Below are positions 47,715 to 59,300 of a stretch of 64,000 bases of DNA, piece by piece. Below the pieces are notes generated by a model. The model was given only the letters and a program-made list of their open reading frames with translations. It was not told the DNA's origin and did not search any database. This DNA is from an uncultured bacterium. GTDB taxonomy: Bacteria > CSSED10-310 > CAZUFC01. The DNA lies in assembly GCA_964619725.1 (NCBI GenBank), contig CAZUFC010000004.1, positions 75,420-139,419 of the forward strand, read 5' to 3'. The first letter of the stretch is position 1, and every line of letters starts with the position of its first letter. Made by a program: the position numbers and the translations under genes.

Positions 47715-48149
47715 ATGAGTAAAAAAATCGCAGAATTTTTCATAGACAATTTCGATGAACTGGTTCACAAGACGCATGAGCGTTTCGCTGAACGGGAATT
47801 AAAGTCCTATCTGCAACTCGAAGACAAGGAACTCAAATCACGAATCAGGAAATTCTGCATAGCCGTTTTTCAATCACTGCAGCACGATAATATCCTTCCT
47901 GTCATCAAATATGCGCAGGAGTTCAGCAGCGACCGGATCAGACAGGGTTACAGATTAGAAGACATTCAGATGGCTATGAATTGTACCGAAGAGAGCATGA
48001 TGTCGTTAATCGCTGCGAAAGTTGAGGGAGAGGCGAGTTTAAAATATATAGAAAATGTGGGGATGATAATGAGAATTGCTCATAATGCCGTTTCCAAAGT
48101 TTTTCGTGAAAATACTCGTGTTAGAAAAGGCGGAGAATCTGATTTTTAA
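47715..48149 (+). CDS. Hypothetical helical protein (RsbRD-N/globin-like sensor fold suspected)
   Basis: 144-aa helical ORF containing the pattern R..QG..L.DI..A. Confidence 0.55.
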   Translation: MSKKIAEFFIDNFDELVHKTHERFAERELKSYLQLEDKELKSRIRKFCIAVFQSLQHDNILPVIKYAQEFSSDRIRQGYRLEDIQMAMNCTEESMMSLIAAKVEGEASLKYIENVGMIMRIAHNAVSKVFRENTRVRKGGESDF

Positions 48150-48234
48150 GTTGAGTGATCTGTTAATAGAGAAAGAAATGTAAGGCGACGACGAGATTAT
48201 TTTTTATAATTAAACTTTTAGTAAAAGGGAAGTT

Positions 48235-48378
48235 ATGATCGAGTTAATCAGAAAAAGTTTGTTGTTCAGCATAGGTGCAGCGGTAATGATGAAGGATAAA
48301 GGCGAAGAGGTGATAAAAAAGCTGATTGAGAAAGGCGAGGAGTATACTTCGAGAGATATTCATAAAAAAACGCCGTGA
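48235..48378 (+). CDS. 47-aa phasin-like small ORF (possibly truncated)
   Basis: RBS AAGGGA; MIELIRKSLLFSIGAAVMMKDKGEEVIKKLIEKGEEYTSRDIHKKTP. Shorter than any ORF in the supplied track. Confidence 0.55.
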   Translation: MIELIRKSLLFSIGAAVMMKDKGEEVIKKLIEKGEEYTSRDIHKKTP

Positions 48379-48407
48379 TTTTGAGAAAACACGGCGTTTT
48401 AATTTTC
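48364..48407. terminator. Bidirectional rho-independent terminator
   Basis: AAAACGCCGTG/CACGGCGTTTT stem with A and T tails, between convergent genes. Confidence 0.75.
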
Positions 48408-48425
48408 CTGTCTGCTCGAATCAGT

Positions 48426-51400
48426 TTACTCTTTTTTCAAGAAGTCATATTCGATGTTTTTGAAGTCAAAATCGAGTTTTTCCAGTTGTTGGTAAATGTG
48501 ATATCTGGCGAGAACGTCTTTCTGGGCTAATTCGAGAAGCGCTGAAGCGCGATCCGGCATGGAAGCTTTGAGGGTTCGGTATCTGATTTCTTTATAGATG
48601 TAGTCTGCCATGGAGATGGAAGGGGTTTTGCTGTCGATCTGCAGAGGATTTTTGCCTTCATCGCTGCGTCGCGGGTCGAAACGATAGAGAATCCAATGAC
48701 CTGAATCAACCGCTCTTTTTTGTTGTTCCAGACTTTTTGTCATATTGATGCCATGTGCTATGCAATGAGCGTATGCAATCAAGATCGACGGTCCGTCATA
48801 ACTTTCCGCTTCAGCAAAAGCTTTAACCGTCTGATTCATATCGGCGCCATAGGCGATTTTTGCGACATAGATATTTCCGTAAGTCATAGCCAACATGCCC
48901 AAATCTTTTTTAGGCAATGGTTTGCCGGCCACAGCAAATTTCGCCGTCGAACCTCTGGGAGTCGCTTTTGACATCTGTCCGCCCGTATTTGAGTAAACTT
49001 CCGTATCCAGAACCAGGAGATTGACGTTTTTTCCGGACGCCAGGACATGATCGAGACCGCCGTAACCTATATCGTATGCCCAGCCGTCTCCGCCGATGCC
49101 CCAAGTCGATTTTTTCACGAGGTAATCCGCCAGAGAGTAAAGATGTTCGTCTTTCGATTTGATCAGTCCCTTAAGCTCTTCGACTCTTTTTCTCTGATCG
49201 TTTATATCTTCGTCAGTTTTTTGCTCGGAATCCAGGATAGCTTGTTTGAGTTCGGCCGGAACATCAGCTTCTTTGAGCAATCTTTGAGCGGTTTCGGTGA
49301 ATTTATCGACGGTTAAACGGAATCCCAACGTTATTTCAGCGCAATCCTCAAAGAGACTGTTCGTCCAGGCCGGTCCACGTCCGTCAGCTCCTTTGGTATA
49401 CGGGGTTGTAGGTAAATTTCCGCCGTAAATGCTCGAACAGCCGGTTGCATTGCTTAAAATGGCCCGGTCGCCGTACAATTGAGTCAATAATTTTATATAA
49501 CACGTTTCTCCGCATCCTGCACAGGCGCCTGAGTATTCGAACAAGGGGCGAATCAACTGGCTGCCTTTTACTGTCGTTTTTTTAATCAGTTCCGGACTCG
49601 TTTCCGGTAAACTCAGGAAGAAATCGTAATTATCTCTTTCGTCGTCGCGCAGTTTAAGTTGATCCTTCATTTCCAGAGCCTTATTTTTCGGAGGACACAC
49701 TTCAACGCATACTCCGCAACCCACGCAATCTTCCGGCGCCACCTGAACCGTGTATTTCATCCCTTTGAACTGTTTGCCTTTTCCGTCAACGCTTTTGAAA
49801 GTCGGAGGAGCGCCATTCAGATTTTCTTCATCATAGTATTTCATTCTTATGGTCCCATGAGGGCAAACCATCGAACAAAAACCGCACTGAATGCAATTTT
49901 CCGGTTTCCATACTGGGATTTCTACTGCTACGTTTCTCTTTTCATATTGAGTGGTTCCCGTAATAAACTGTCCGTTTGCGGGCATTTGCGATACTTTTAC
50001 TTCATCTCCTTCTCGTCGGATGATTTTCGCTGTAACCTCCTTGACAAAGTCAGGAGTATGTTCCGGGACCGTCGGAGGCATTTCAATTTCGCTGTTTGCT
50101 TCATTCGGATAATCAACCTCGTAGATGTTTTTCAAAGCAGCATCAACTGATTTCAAATTCATGTCGACTATGTTCTGCCCTTTGCTGCCATAGGTCTTCT
50201 TGATGAATTTGCGGATCAATTCTATCGCCTCATCTTCCGGAATAATGCTCATTATTTTGAAGAATGCTGTCTGCATGATTATGTTGATGCGGCTTCCCAG
50301 TCCCAGTTCCTCTGCTAAATCATAAGCATTAATGACATAGAACTTCGCCTTTTTGTCAATGATCTGCTGTTGAACTTTTTTCGGAAGATGATCCCAAATT
50401 TCATCCCGTCCGAACGGACTGTTCAAAAGGAAATAACCTTCCTCCTTCAGATATTGGAGCATGTCGAATTTTTCGAGAAAAGAAAAATTATGACATCCCA
50501 AAAACTGTGCTTCATCGCACAAATAAGGACTGCGTATCGGTTTTTTTCCGAATCTCAAGTGACTTACAGTAACGGCGCCTGATTTTTTGGAATCATATTG
50601 GAAATACCCTTGCACGTTGTAATCCGTAGCTTCGCCGATGATTTTAATTGAGTTTTTATTTGCTCCCACCGTACCGTCCGATCCCAATCCGTAGAACATA
50701 GCCTGGAAAGCGTCTAAACTTCTGTTCCTGTAGGATTTGTCCCATTCCAGACTCGTGCCGGTAACGTCATCATAAATTCCCATGGTGAAGTGATTTTTGG
50801 GTTCATCTTTTTCCAGATTGTCATAAACGGCCATAACCATGCCGGGAGTGAATTCTTTGGAGCTCAACCCATACCTTCCGCCGATCACGGTGGGGTTCCG
50901 TTCAAATTTCGCCCATCCCGCATCCGCTGCTTCGGTGACGGCGGTTGAAACATCAAGATAAAGAGGTTCGCCGGTTGAACCCGACTCTTTCGTCCGATCA
51001 AGCACAGCAATCTTTTTTACGGTAGTCGGCAATGCATCTATAAAACGCTCGACGGAGAAGGGACGATACAGGCGGACCTTAATCATTCCTATCTTCCGAT
51101 CATTATGCACCTGGTCTTCGACAGTTTCATGCACGGTTTCCGCTCCAGAGCCCATTACGACAACGATGTTTTCAGCCTCCGGATGGCCCACATAATCAAA
51201 AAGCCTGTATTCGCGTCCCGTCAGCTTCTTGAATTTATCCATATATTTTTGAACTATTTCAGGCGCTTTATCATAGAAAGGATTCACGGTTTCCCGCCCC
51301 TGGAAATAAACGTCCGGATTCTGACTGGTTCCGCTGATCATCGGATGATCCGGCGACAGACCGTTATTTCTGTGCCTGATGACAAATTCATCCTCAATCA

Positions 51401-51983
51401 TTTCTTTCATGATTTCCTTGGTTACATTATCAACCTTACTGACCTCATGAGACGTCCTGAAACCATCGAAAAAATGAAGGAATGGAAGCCGGGCTTCCAG
51501 CGAAGAAGCTGTGGCGATAAGCCCCAGGTCAAGGACTTCCTGTACGCTTCCTGAAGGGATCATGCAGAAACCTGCAGCCCTGGTCGTCATTACATCGGAA
51601 TGATCGCCGAAAATCGATAGAGCTTGGCAAGCAATGGATCGCGCTGCGATGTGAAATACAGTCGGAAGCAACTCTGCAGCGATTTTAAACATATTAGGAA
51701 TCATCAGCAGCAACCCTTGCGATGCCGTGTAAGTAGTCGTTAAAGAACCGGTAGCCAAGGCTCCGTGAACTGCAGCAGATGCGCCGCCTTCTGATTGGAG
51801 TTCAGAGACTTCAGGTATAGTTCCCCAGATATTGGTTTCGCCTGCAGCAGATTTCGCATCTGAAATTTCCCCCATCGCTGAACTAGGCGTGATCGGATAT
51901 ATTGCAATGACCTCATTGCACGCATGTCCGATGGTAGCTGCAGCAGTGTTGCCGTCAATAATGATTTTACTTTGATTCGTCAT
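48426..51983 (-). CDS. nifJ: Pyruvate:ferredoxin (flavodoxin) oxidoreductase
   Basis: YPITPSS, QSEGGA, TASQGLLLM, FFDGFRTSHE, GLGSDGTVGANKN, two ferredoxin motifs, ACAGCGE, NATGCSSIYGG, GGDGWAYDIG. Confidence 0.97.
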   Translation of the reverse strand: MTNQSKIIIDGNTAAATIGHACNEVIAIYPITPSSAMGEISDAKSAAGETNIWGTIPEVSELQSEGGASAAVHGALATGSLTTTYTASQGLLLMIPNMFKIAAELLPTVFHIAARSIACQALSIFGDHSDVMTTRAAGFCMIPSGSVQEVLDLGLIATASSLEARLPFLHFFDGFRTSHEVSKVDNVTKEIMKEMIEDEFVIRHRNNGLSPDHPMISGTSQNPDVYFQGRETVNPFYDKAPEIVQKYMDKFKKLTGREYRLFDYVGHPEAENIVVVMGSGAETVHETVEDQVHNDRKIGMIKVRLYRPFSVERFIDALPTTVKKIAVLDRTKESGSTGEPLYLDVSTAVTEAADAGWAKFERNPTVIGGRYGLSSKEFTPGMVMAVYDNLEKDEPKNHFTMGIYDDVTGTSLEWDKSYRNRSLDAFQAMFYGLGSDGTVGANKNSIKIIGEATDYNVQGYFQYDSKKSGAVTVSHLRFGKKPIRSPYLCDEAQFLGCHNFSFLEKFDMLQYLKEEGYFLLNSPFGRDEIWDHLPKKVQQQIIDKKAKFYVINAYDLAEELGLGSRINIIMQTAFFKIMSIIPEDEAIELIRKFIKKTYGSKGQNIVDMNLKSVDAALKNIYEVDYPNEANSEIEMPPTVPEHTPDFVKEVTAKIIRREGDEVKVSQMPANGQFITGTTQYEKRNVAVEIPVWKPENCIQCGFCSMVCPHGTIRMKYYDEENLNGAPPTFKSVDGKGKQFKGMKYTVQVAPEDCVGCGVCVEVCPPKNKALEMKDQLKLRDDERDNYDFFLSLPETSPELIKKTTVKGSQLIRPLFEYSGACAGCGETCYIKLLTQLYGDRAILSNATGCSSIYGGNLPTTPYTKGADGRGPAWTNSLFEDCAEITLGFRLTVDKFTETAQRLLKEADVPAELKQAILDSEQKTDEDINDQRKRVEELKGLIKSKDEHLYSLADYLVKKSTWGIGGDGWAYDIGYGGLDHVLASGKNVNLLVLDTEVYSNTGGQMSKATPRGSTAKFAVAGKPLPKKDLGMLAMTYGNIYVAKIAYGADMNQTVKAFAEAESYDGPSILIAYAHCIAHGINMTKSLEQQKRAVDSGHWILYRFDPRRSDEGKNPLQIDSKTPSISMADYIYKEIRYRTLKASMPDRASALLELAQKDVLARYHIYQQLEKLDFDFKNIEYDFLKKE

Positions 51984-52084
51984 ATAACCACTCCTTTAAC
52001 TCTTTTCGAGCATCCCAAAACAAGAAAATCTTGTCGCATTCGAAATCAGTCGCCGGCCTCGCGTCCGGCGAAACAAACGAGTAA

Positions 52085-52113
52085 AAGTTAGAACTACAAT
52101 TTCTTTATGTCAA
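52085..52113 (-). promoter_or_regulatory. Putative sigma70 promoter of nifJ
   Basis: Minus-strand TTGACA-N17-TAACTT. Confidence 0.45.
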
Positions 52114-52253
52114 GTATAATAATTCTTCAAGTATCGGGGCATTATTTTTTTAGGGCGGTTTTTGTCCATAACGGCGATTTTTCCGAATGCCAGGTCAGGC
52201 TTCGGATTTTCTCAGTCAGCGTATAACCAGACGGCATTCGAATACGTTCTGTG

Positions 52254-53573
52254 CTATTTCTTCAGGGAAGGGCTTTCCGAAGCAGCCATCAGCAAACCCA
52301 GGATAACAAAATTGGTTATCAGGGAACTTCCTCCTCTACTTATAAACGGCAACGTAACGCCGGTGACCGGCAATAGTTTTATCACGCCCCCGATATTGAT
52401 GAAAACCTGGACAATAAGGATCGACGTCAATCCGATTATAGTCAACCGCGTAAACTGAACTCTGGCATCAGAAGCGATTTTAAAACATCGAATGCAGAAC
52501 ATAAGATAAACAGCAATAACGGCCAAACACCCTAAATAACCCAACTCCTCTCCGATAGCGGCGTATATGAAATCCGTGCTGACCACCGGTATTTTCTCAG
52601 GATTTCCCATGCCGAATCCCCGGCCCAATATCCCGCCGGAGAAAAGTGCGGACAAGGACTGGATGCTTTGCCAGCCTGCCCCGGTAGGATCGCTGAACGG
52701 GTCCTTCCATACTTCGATCCTTAACCGACCATGACTGAAGAAATAATACACGAACCGTCCTATTCCATATGTGCCGAAAGCGCCTAAAACCACATATCCG
52801 AATTTTCCCGTGGCCGTGTAAAACAAAATTATCAGCACAGCCGTAAATATGGCTATCATGCCGATGTCACGTTGAAAAAGAATTAAAAACTGCGGAACGC
52901 TCCATATCAATAAAAACTGAAGAACCCTTCCGGGGCGGGGAAGAGGAATCCCTAAAAAACTCCTGGAAAAATCCGCTGCATAACGGCTCAAATATCCTGC
53001 GAGAAAAATAACCAATAATACTTTTAAAGCCTCCGTGGGTGTGGTTAATCCCGGTCCGAACCGCGCTCCTCTATAGGTCACTCCCATACCCACTACAAAT
53101 CCTAAAATCAATACGGAGAGAATGGCGGAAATCCATGAAAACTTTGATAATCGTTGAAATCGGTGTCCCCTGAACAATATGAAAACGAAAAGCATGCAAA
53201 GGAATGATACGATATAAATGATGCTTCGTTCTCCCAGCATATTCTCCATAGAAAAAATCTGCATACGGAGTTGCGCAAGAATGCCGATACCAAGCAGAAA
53301 AATCGTTGCCGGCAGCAGCAAGAGGTCTCCTCGGCATTTCAAGATAACCAGGAGAATGTGAAGAAGAACGGCAGATATGATATAGGCGGAAACGAGAAAA
53401 AAGGCGTTTCTGGAGAAGGTCATTCCCTGGGCATGCCTGACGAGCGATAAAATAAAGAAACCGATGAAAATGAGTATGCAAATTTTTTTCAGCAGAAGGC
53501 GTTCGATTTTTCTGTTTTTGAAAATATCCTTGATAGGGTTCGGCTTTTTTCTACCGGCCTGGTTTTTCATCAT
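52254..53573 (-). CDS. SEDS-family peptidoglycan polymerase (RodA/FtsW)
   Basis: P.E..K, QRDIG, R...W.DP, GG..G.G.G.G, TDFIYAAIGEELG, P.TGVTLPFIS.GGSS. Confidence 0.93.
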   Translation of the reverse strand: MMKNQAGRKKPNPIKDIFKNRKIERLLLKKICILIFIGFFILSLVRHAQGMTFSRNAFFLVSAYIISAVLLHILLVILKCRGDLLLLPATIFLLGIGILAQLRMQIFSMENMLGERSIIYIVSFLCMLFVFILFRGHRFQRLSKFSWISAILSVLILGFVVGMGVTYRGARFGPGLTTPTEALKVLLVIFLAGYLSRYAADFSRSFLGIPLPRPGRVLQFLLIWSVPQFLILFQRDIGMIAIFTAVLIILFYTATGKFGYVVLGAFGTYGIGRFVYYFFSHGRLRIEVWKDPFSDPTGAGWQSIQSLSALFSGGILGRGFGMGNPEKIPVVSTDFIYAAIGEELGYLGCLAVIAVYLMFCIRCFKIASDARVQFTRLTIIGLTSILIVQVFINIGGVIKLLPVTGVTLPFISRGGSSLITNFVILGLLMAASESPSLKK

Positions 53574-55183
53574 TTGAAGTATCCCTTGTTAATAGCTGAA
53601 AGGAGCAATTCACGTGCCATAGGCAAAGCTGATCGGGAGCCATATCCGCCCCGTTCGATTATAACCGACCAGGCGACGAGAGGGTTGTCAGCCGGAGCGA
53701 AACCGATAAACCAGGAGTGGGATTCGCCGTGAGGATTTTCCGCTGTCCCGGTTTTACCGGCGCAGGTCAATCCCTGAATCCTCATTTTTTTTGCCGTACC
53801 TCTCAATACGACCTCTTTCATTAAGTTTCTCAGTTCGTCAATTTTCGTTTCTCCCGGAGTTTTTCCCATGATAAGGCTGTCGGGATGCTCATTATTAAGC
53901 CAGAGAGAAGGTATTATCCCACGGCATCCGACAGCGGCTGAAACGAGAGCCATATGGATAGGCGTAACGTAAACGGGTCCCTGTCCTATAGACATCAGAG
54001 CCAGACCTTCCAAATTATTTTCCGCCAGTCTCGGAACATGACTCCGCTTAACAGGGATCGAAAACCCCGGATGTTCAGGGTCTATGCCGATGGAATAGGA
54101 GCGATTGAACAAAAAATGTTCTGACATTCTCCACAATTTCTCAGGCCCCATCCTGACGCCCATCTGAGCGAAAAAGACATTGGACGAAAAAATCAGGGCA
54201 TCTTCTAAAGAAAGTTCTCCGTATCCATGCCAATCCTCACCTCTGTCTTTATATTCATAGTATTCGTGATCTCTGATTCTTTTAGCGCCGGGAGCTGGAG
54301 AGTAACCCTGGGGCGTACAATTTATTAATCCGTCAAAACCGTCTTTCATAGCTGCTGCAGCGACGATGATTTTAAAGGTCGATCCCGGCGGATATATTCC
54401 GGCGATTGCCCGATTCAGGAAAGGAGCTTTCTTTTCTTCGTCTTTGAAACATGTTTCTGAAAGGTTACCGGGATCGAATCCCGGTGAGCTGTATAACACA
54501 AGAATATCGCCTTCAGGTATTTTCAAAAGGACTGCCGCACCGCTGCGACCATCCATGAGCTGATGGGATTTTTTTTGAAGTTCCAAATCGAGCGTCAAAT
54601 GCAAGTCATTGCCTTGCATAGCATCATGTTTGAAAGCATTTCTGAAAAACGACCGGATTTCTTTCAGACTTCTAAGCGTACGACCCGCCAGATAAGATTT
54701 CATTAATTTTTCGAGTCCGGCGCTGCCGAATCTATAATGATCATATCCCAGAATATGACAGGTCGCGTCCCCACCGGGATAACGGCGTCTGTATATCCCA
54801 TCCTTCAGCACGTCTTCGGCCATCACAGAACCATGACGATCATAAATCGTGCCGCGTTTCAGATGATGAGCAGGATTCGGATAACGGATGGAATATCGCT
54901 TCATTGCATTTATCAATGGGCCATAAGTGAATCCGAAAAGATGCCAGTATGCCTGGTAGAGCGCCAAGCCTATGAAAAGCGCCACAGCGCTGAGCGACAG
55001 TATCCGAGGAATCCGGTTTCCTTTAAGCTGTTTGCGTGACTTTTTCCGTTTGCCCGAATAGGAATAAAAGGATTTGACTATGAAAAAGAGGTAAATAAAA
55101 AAAAGAACGATAAGCGGTTTTATTATATAAGGAAATATTGTCGGTGAAAACAGCCAGTCAGATAGTGTTTTTGTGCTGTTCAT
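53570..55183 (-). CDS. Class B penicillin-binding transpeptidase (PbpA-like)
   Basis: RGTIYDR.G, R.YP, GLE, YPPGSTFK (SxxK), SSN (SxN), GKTGTAE (KTG), HSWFIGFAP. Confidence 0.92.
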   Translation of the reverse strand: MNSTKTLSDWLFSPTIFPYIIKPLIVLFFIYLFFIVKSFYSYSGKRKKSRKQLKGNRIPRILSLSAVALFIGLALYQAYWHLFGFTYGPLINAMKRYSIRYPNPAHHLKRGTIYDRHGSVMAEDVLKDGIYRRRYPGGDATCHILGYDHYRFGSAGLEKLMKSYLAGRTLRSLKEIRSFFRNAFKHDAMQGNDLHLTLDLELQKKSHQLMDGRSGAAVLLKIPEGDILVLYSSPGFDPGNLSETCFKDEEKKAPFLNRAIAGIYPPGSTFKIIVAAAAMKDGFDGLINCTPQGYSPAPGAKRIRDHEYYEYKDRGEDWHGYGELSLEDALIFSSNVFFAQMGVRMGPEKLWRMSEHFLFNRSYSIGIDPEHPGFSIPVKRSHVPRLAENNLEGLALMSIGQGPVYVTPIHMALVSAAVGCRGIIPSLWLNNEHPDSLIMGKTPGETKIDELRNLMKEVVLRGTAKKMRIQGLTCAGKTGTAENPHGESHSWFIGFAPADNPLVAWSVIIERGGYGSRSALPMARELLLSAINKGYFK

Positions 55184-55213
55184 CAATGGATCGCTTTTCG
55201 AAATAACTCCTCA

Positions 55214-56176
55214 TCAGGAAAGAGGAACGGAAGCGAACTCGCCGATATTTCGAAAATGCCGATAACGCTGTTCAAGAAGCTCTTCTTTTCTGAAATCCGA
55301 TAGTTCATCAAGCGCCTTCAAAAGGACTTCTTTTATCATATCAGCGGCATCTTCCCACTCGCGATGAGCGCCGCCGGGAGGCTCCGGGATGATCCCATGT
55401 ATGATGCCCATCTCGTAAAGGTCTGCTGCGCTGATTTTTAATTTTTCCGCAGCAGCGGATGCATACACTCTGTCTTTCCACAAAATCGCCGCACATCCCT
55501 CCGGAGAAATTACAGAATAAACGGCATTCTCCTGCATGTAGATTCTATCGCCTATGCTTATCCCCAATGCTCCTCCGCTTCCGCCTTCTCCTGTTACCAA
55601 AACGATGATCGGAACGGTCAGCATCGACATTTCAAGCAGGTTCAAGGCAATGGCCTCAGCCTGCCCTCTCTCTTCGGCTCCCTGACCGGGATAGGCTCCC
55701 ATAGTATCAATGAAACAAACTACCGGACGCTTGAATTTTTCCGACAATTTCATTATTCGCAGAACTTTACGATATCCTTCAGGATGGTTCATGCCGAAAT
55801 TCCTTCGAATGCTCTCCTGCGTACCCCTTCCTTTATGTTGAGCAACGACTGTTATTTGTCGCCCCTCGATCTTTGCCGGTCCCGCTACAATCGAAGCGTC
55901 ATCGCCGAATCTCCTGTCGCCGTGTAATTCCAGAAAATCATCCATTATTCTTTCTATGTAATCCATGGGATTAGGACGATCCGAGTGCCTGGCGATTAAT
56001 ACTCGCTGCCACGGACCAAGATGATCCACGATGTTCTGGTACATCAAGTCGATCTGGTCTTCAAGAGATTTGATCTGATCAGCCAGCGACTCATCTCTTT
56101 CCGTCAATTCTCTTAATTGTTTCAACTTATATTCCAAATCTTTGATCGGCTTTTCAAATTCTAGAGATTCCTGCAT
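55214..56176 (-). CDS. accA: Acetyl-CoA carboxylase carboxyltransferase alpha subunit
   Basis: LEFEKPI, ELHGDR, RNFGM..PEGYRK, IDT.GAYPG..AEERGQ, GEGGSGGAL, YSVISPEGCA. Confidence 0.97.
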   Translation of the reverse strand: MQESLEFEKPIKDLEYKLKQLRELTERDESLADQIKSLEDQIDLMYQNIVDHLGPWQRVLIARHSDRPNPMDYIERIMDDFLELHGDRRFGDDASIVAGPAKIEGRQITVVAQHKGRGTQESIRRNFGMNHPEGYRKVLRIMKLSEKFKRPVVCFIDTMGAYPGQGAEERGQAEAIALNLLEMSMLTVPIIVLVTGEGGSGGALGISIGDRIYMQENAVYSVISPEGCAAILWKDRVYASAAAEKLKISAADLYEMGIIHGIIPEPPGGAHREWEDAADMIKEVLLKALDELSDFRKEELLEQRYRHFRNIGEFASVPLS

Positions 56177-56308
56177 TCTGTTTCACTTCCTTAGGTTTGT
56201 TGAGATGTTCTTCATTCATCCCCCGCCGGAACGGAAGAGTTCATGAAAATATCTCACATCATGTGCACCCGGTTCAAGGGCTTTCTTTCCGTTGTTCTTT
56301 CATTGATT

Positions 56309-59300
56309 TCAGTTGAACCGGACGACATCGCTGCCTGCGGCATTTTCTATTTTATTGAATAGGTCAGGGATGCCGGGATCGACATGGAAATCCGAGCATA
56401 CTTCCATGAGTACATTTTTAATATGATTTCCCGGGGGATAGCATAAATTAAAATATACCGGACATTCGCCTGAGCAATCCTGAAAAATTTCCCTTAACTG
56501 ATCCAAGTTTTTGGAAGTAATGTCGCTGACGGGGAGATTAATGGTTATTCTGTTCAGAAACATCTGCCTTGCTTCTTCCAGAGTAATGATTTTTTCGGCG
56601 ACGACCGTTATTCCTTTATCGTTTTTTTCCGCGTACCCTTTGGTTATCAAGGGTTTTTCTAAACTCAGCAAATGTCTGACCTCCTTGAAAAGGGAAGGCG
56701 GAATCATGACTTCGAATAGACCCTCCAAATCCTCAAACATAGCGAATGCCATCAGTTCGCCTTTTTTGCTCTGTAACTTTCTCAATTTTGATATAATTCC
56801 CGCCAGCCTCACAGGGGCTTTTCCTTCCAGCTCTTTGAGCTGTTTGCTTGAGGAATGCACATAATGCTTCAATTCATTTTCTATGGACAACAGAGGATGC
56901 CCGGTAATATAGAAACCGACGCTTTCCTTTTCCGCAGACAGCAACTCGGATTTGCTCCATTCCGGCATGTCAGGAAGAGACCTGTCGACGGTTTCGTCTC
57001 GAAAAGAAAAACCGCCGAACAAACTTCTCTGGCCTAGCTCGCGGTCCTTTTGAAATTTTTGTCCGATGCTCATAGCTCGATCCAGTATGGCGATCAATTG
57101 AGACCTTTTAGCGCCGAAAGAATCGAAAGCGCCGCATTTTATAAGGCTCTCTATAACGCGTCTGTTGACGGATTTCAGGTTCACCCGTTCGCAAAAATCA
57201 AACAGGGATTCATATTTGCCGTCCTTCTTTCTTGATTCAATAATCGATTCAATGGCGGCATCGCCGACATTTTTCACCGCCGCCAATCCGAATCGAACAG
57301 CATTGCCGACGACAGTGAAATCATGGAGACTTTCATTAACGTCCGGCGGTAATATTCTGATATTCATATTGCGGCATTCGTTAATGAAATTGACTATTTT
57401 ATCAGTATTTCCCATGTCTGAAGCCATGAGCGCGGCCATGTATTCCAGGGGGAAATTGGTTTTCAAATAGGCCGTCTGGAAAGCAATATAGGCGTAGCAG
57501 GCCGCATGGGCTTTATTGAAACCGTAACCTGCGAACGGCTCAATGAATGAAAAGATTTTTTCCGCTACTCTCGTATCAATGCCGTTTTCAGCAGCGCCTT
57601 TCACAAATTTAGCCTTCTGCTTGACCAGTTCCTCAGTCTTCTTCTTGCTGATCACTTTCCTCAAAATATCGGCCTCGCCGTAACTGAAACCGGCTATGGC
57701 GCGGGTCATCTGGAGCACCTGTTCCTGATATACCGCTACTCCATATGTGCTTTTCAATATCGGTTCCAGAAGATTGTGGGGATATTCAACAGCGGCTTTA
57801 CCGTATTTTCCGTCAATGAATTTTCCTATCCATTCCATAGGACCAGGGCGATATAGGGCCACCATGGCAATCAAATCTTCGAATTTGTTGGGTTTCAATT
57901 GTATCAGGTATTCCCTCATCCCGCCGCTTTCAAGTTGAAATACGCCCACTGTTTCCCCACGGCCCAGCAGTTCATATGTTTTTTTATCATCCAGCGGAAT
58001 TTCGTTAGGATTAAGCGTGATGTTTTTCGTTTTTTCTATAATCTTAACGGCTTTGTCAATAATGGTCAGATTTCTCAGACCCAAAAAATCTATCTTCAGC
58101 AACCCGATTTTACTGATGTAATCCATCGAATATTGAGTTAAAGCCAGATTGCTCTCTGATTTAGGATCATACGCCAAAGGCACGTAGTCCGTCAGGGCTT
58201 CCTTTGAAATAACTACGGCTGCGGCGTGCGTCGAACAGTGCCTTGCCAGTCCTTCAAGCGCCATTGACGCCTTGATTAATTTATCCACCCTATCGTCGCC
58301 GCTCATCATTCTTTTTAACTCCGGCTCCTGTTTCAGCGCATCCTTGATGGATATTTTCAACGTCTCCGGAACCAGCTTGGCTATGCGATCCACTTCACTA
58401 TAGGAAAAATCCATCACTCTTCCGACATCTCGTATTACAGCACGGGCAGCCATCGTTCCGAACGTTATTATCTGAGCGACATGGCTGTGGCCATATTTTT
58501 CGACGACATACTGAATGACTTTTTCCCGCTTATCCTTGCAAAAATCAATGTCGATGTCCGGCATGCTGACTCTTTCGGGATTCAAAAAACGCTCGAAAAC
58601 CAGATCATATTTTAACGGATCAAGGTCCGTTATCCCCAAAGTGTAACTGACCAGACTGGCCGCAGCGGAACCCCGACCAGGGCCCACCGGGATATTGTTC
58701 CTTTTGGCGTAATTGATGATGTCCCAGACGATTAAAAAATACTCCGCAAATCCCATCCCGATGATTATTTCCAATTCTTTTTCCAGTCTCCTCTTATATC
58801 TTTCGATCTGCTCCGCTTCATTAATGCCGTTCTGCTCCAATCTGTTTTGCAACCCCTCGTCCGTCAGTTTTTTTAAAAAATCAACGCCCGTGTATTCGGG
58901 AGGAAGCTCGAAACTCGGCAGAATACTCTTCTGAAAATTCATTTTAACATGACAGCGCTCCGCGATTTCTACCGAATTGGATACCGCATCGGGAACCTCT
59001 GAAAATAATTCCCGCATCTCATCCGGACTCTTGAAGTAAAACTCCTGCGAACTGAATTTCATTCTGTCGCGGTCCTGCACTTTTTTCCTGGTTTGGATGC
59101 ATATCAGCATATCCTGAAATTCGGCATCGGCTTTTTCCAAATAGTGGCAATCATTTGTGGCGATTAAGGGAATCGAAAGGTCTCGAGCTAATTTTATTAG
59201 CATTGGATTGACTTTTTTCTGTTCTTTCAATCCATGATCCATTAATTCAATATAAAAATTTCCCTTACCGAAAATATCTTCAAATTTTCCCGCCTGCTCA

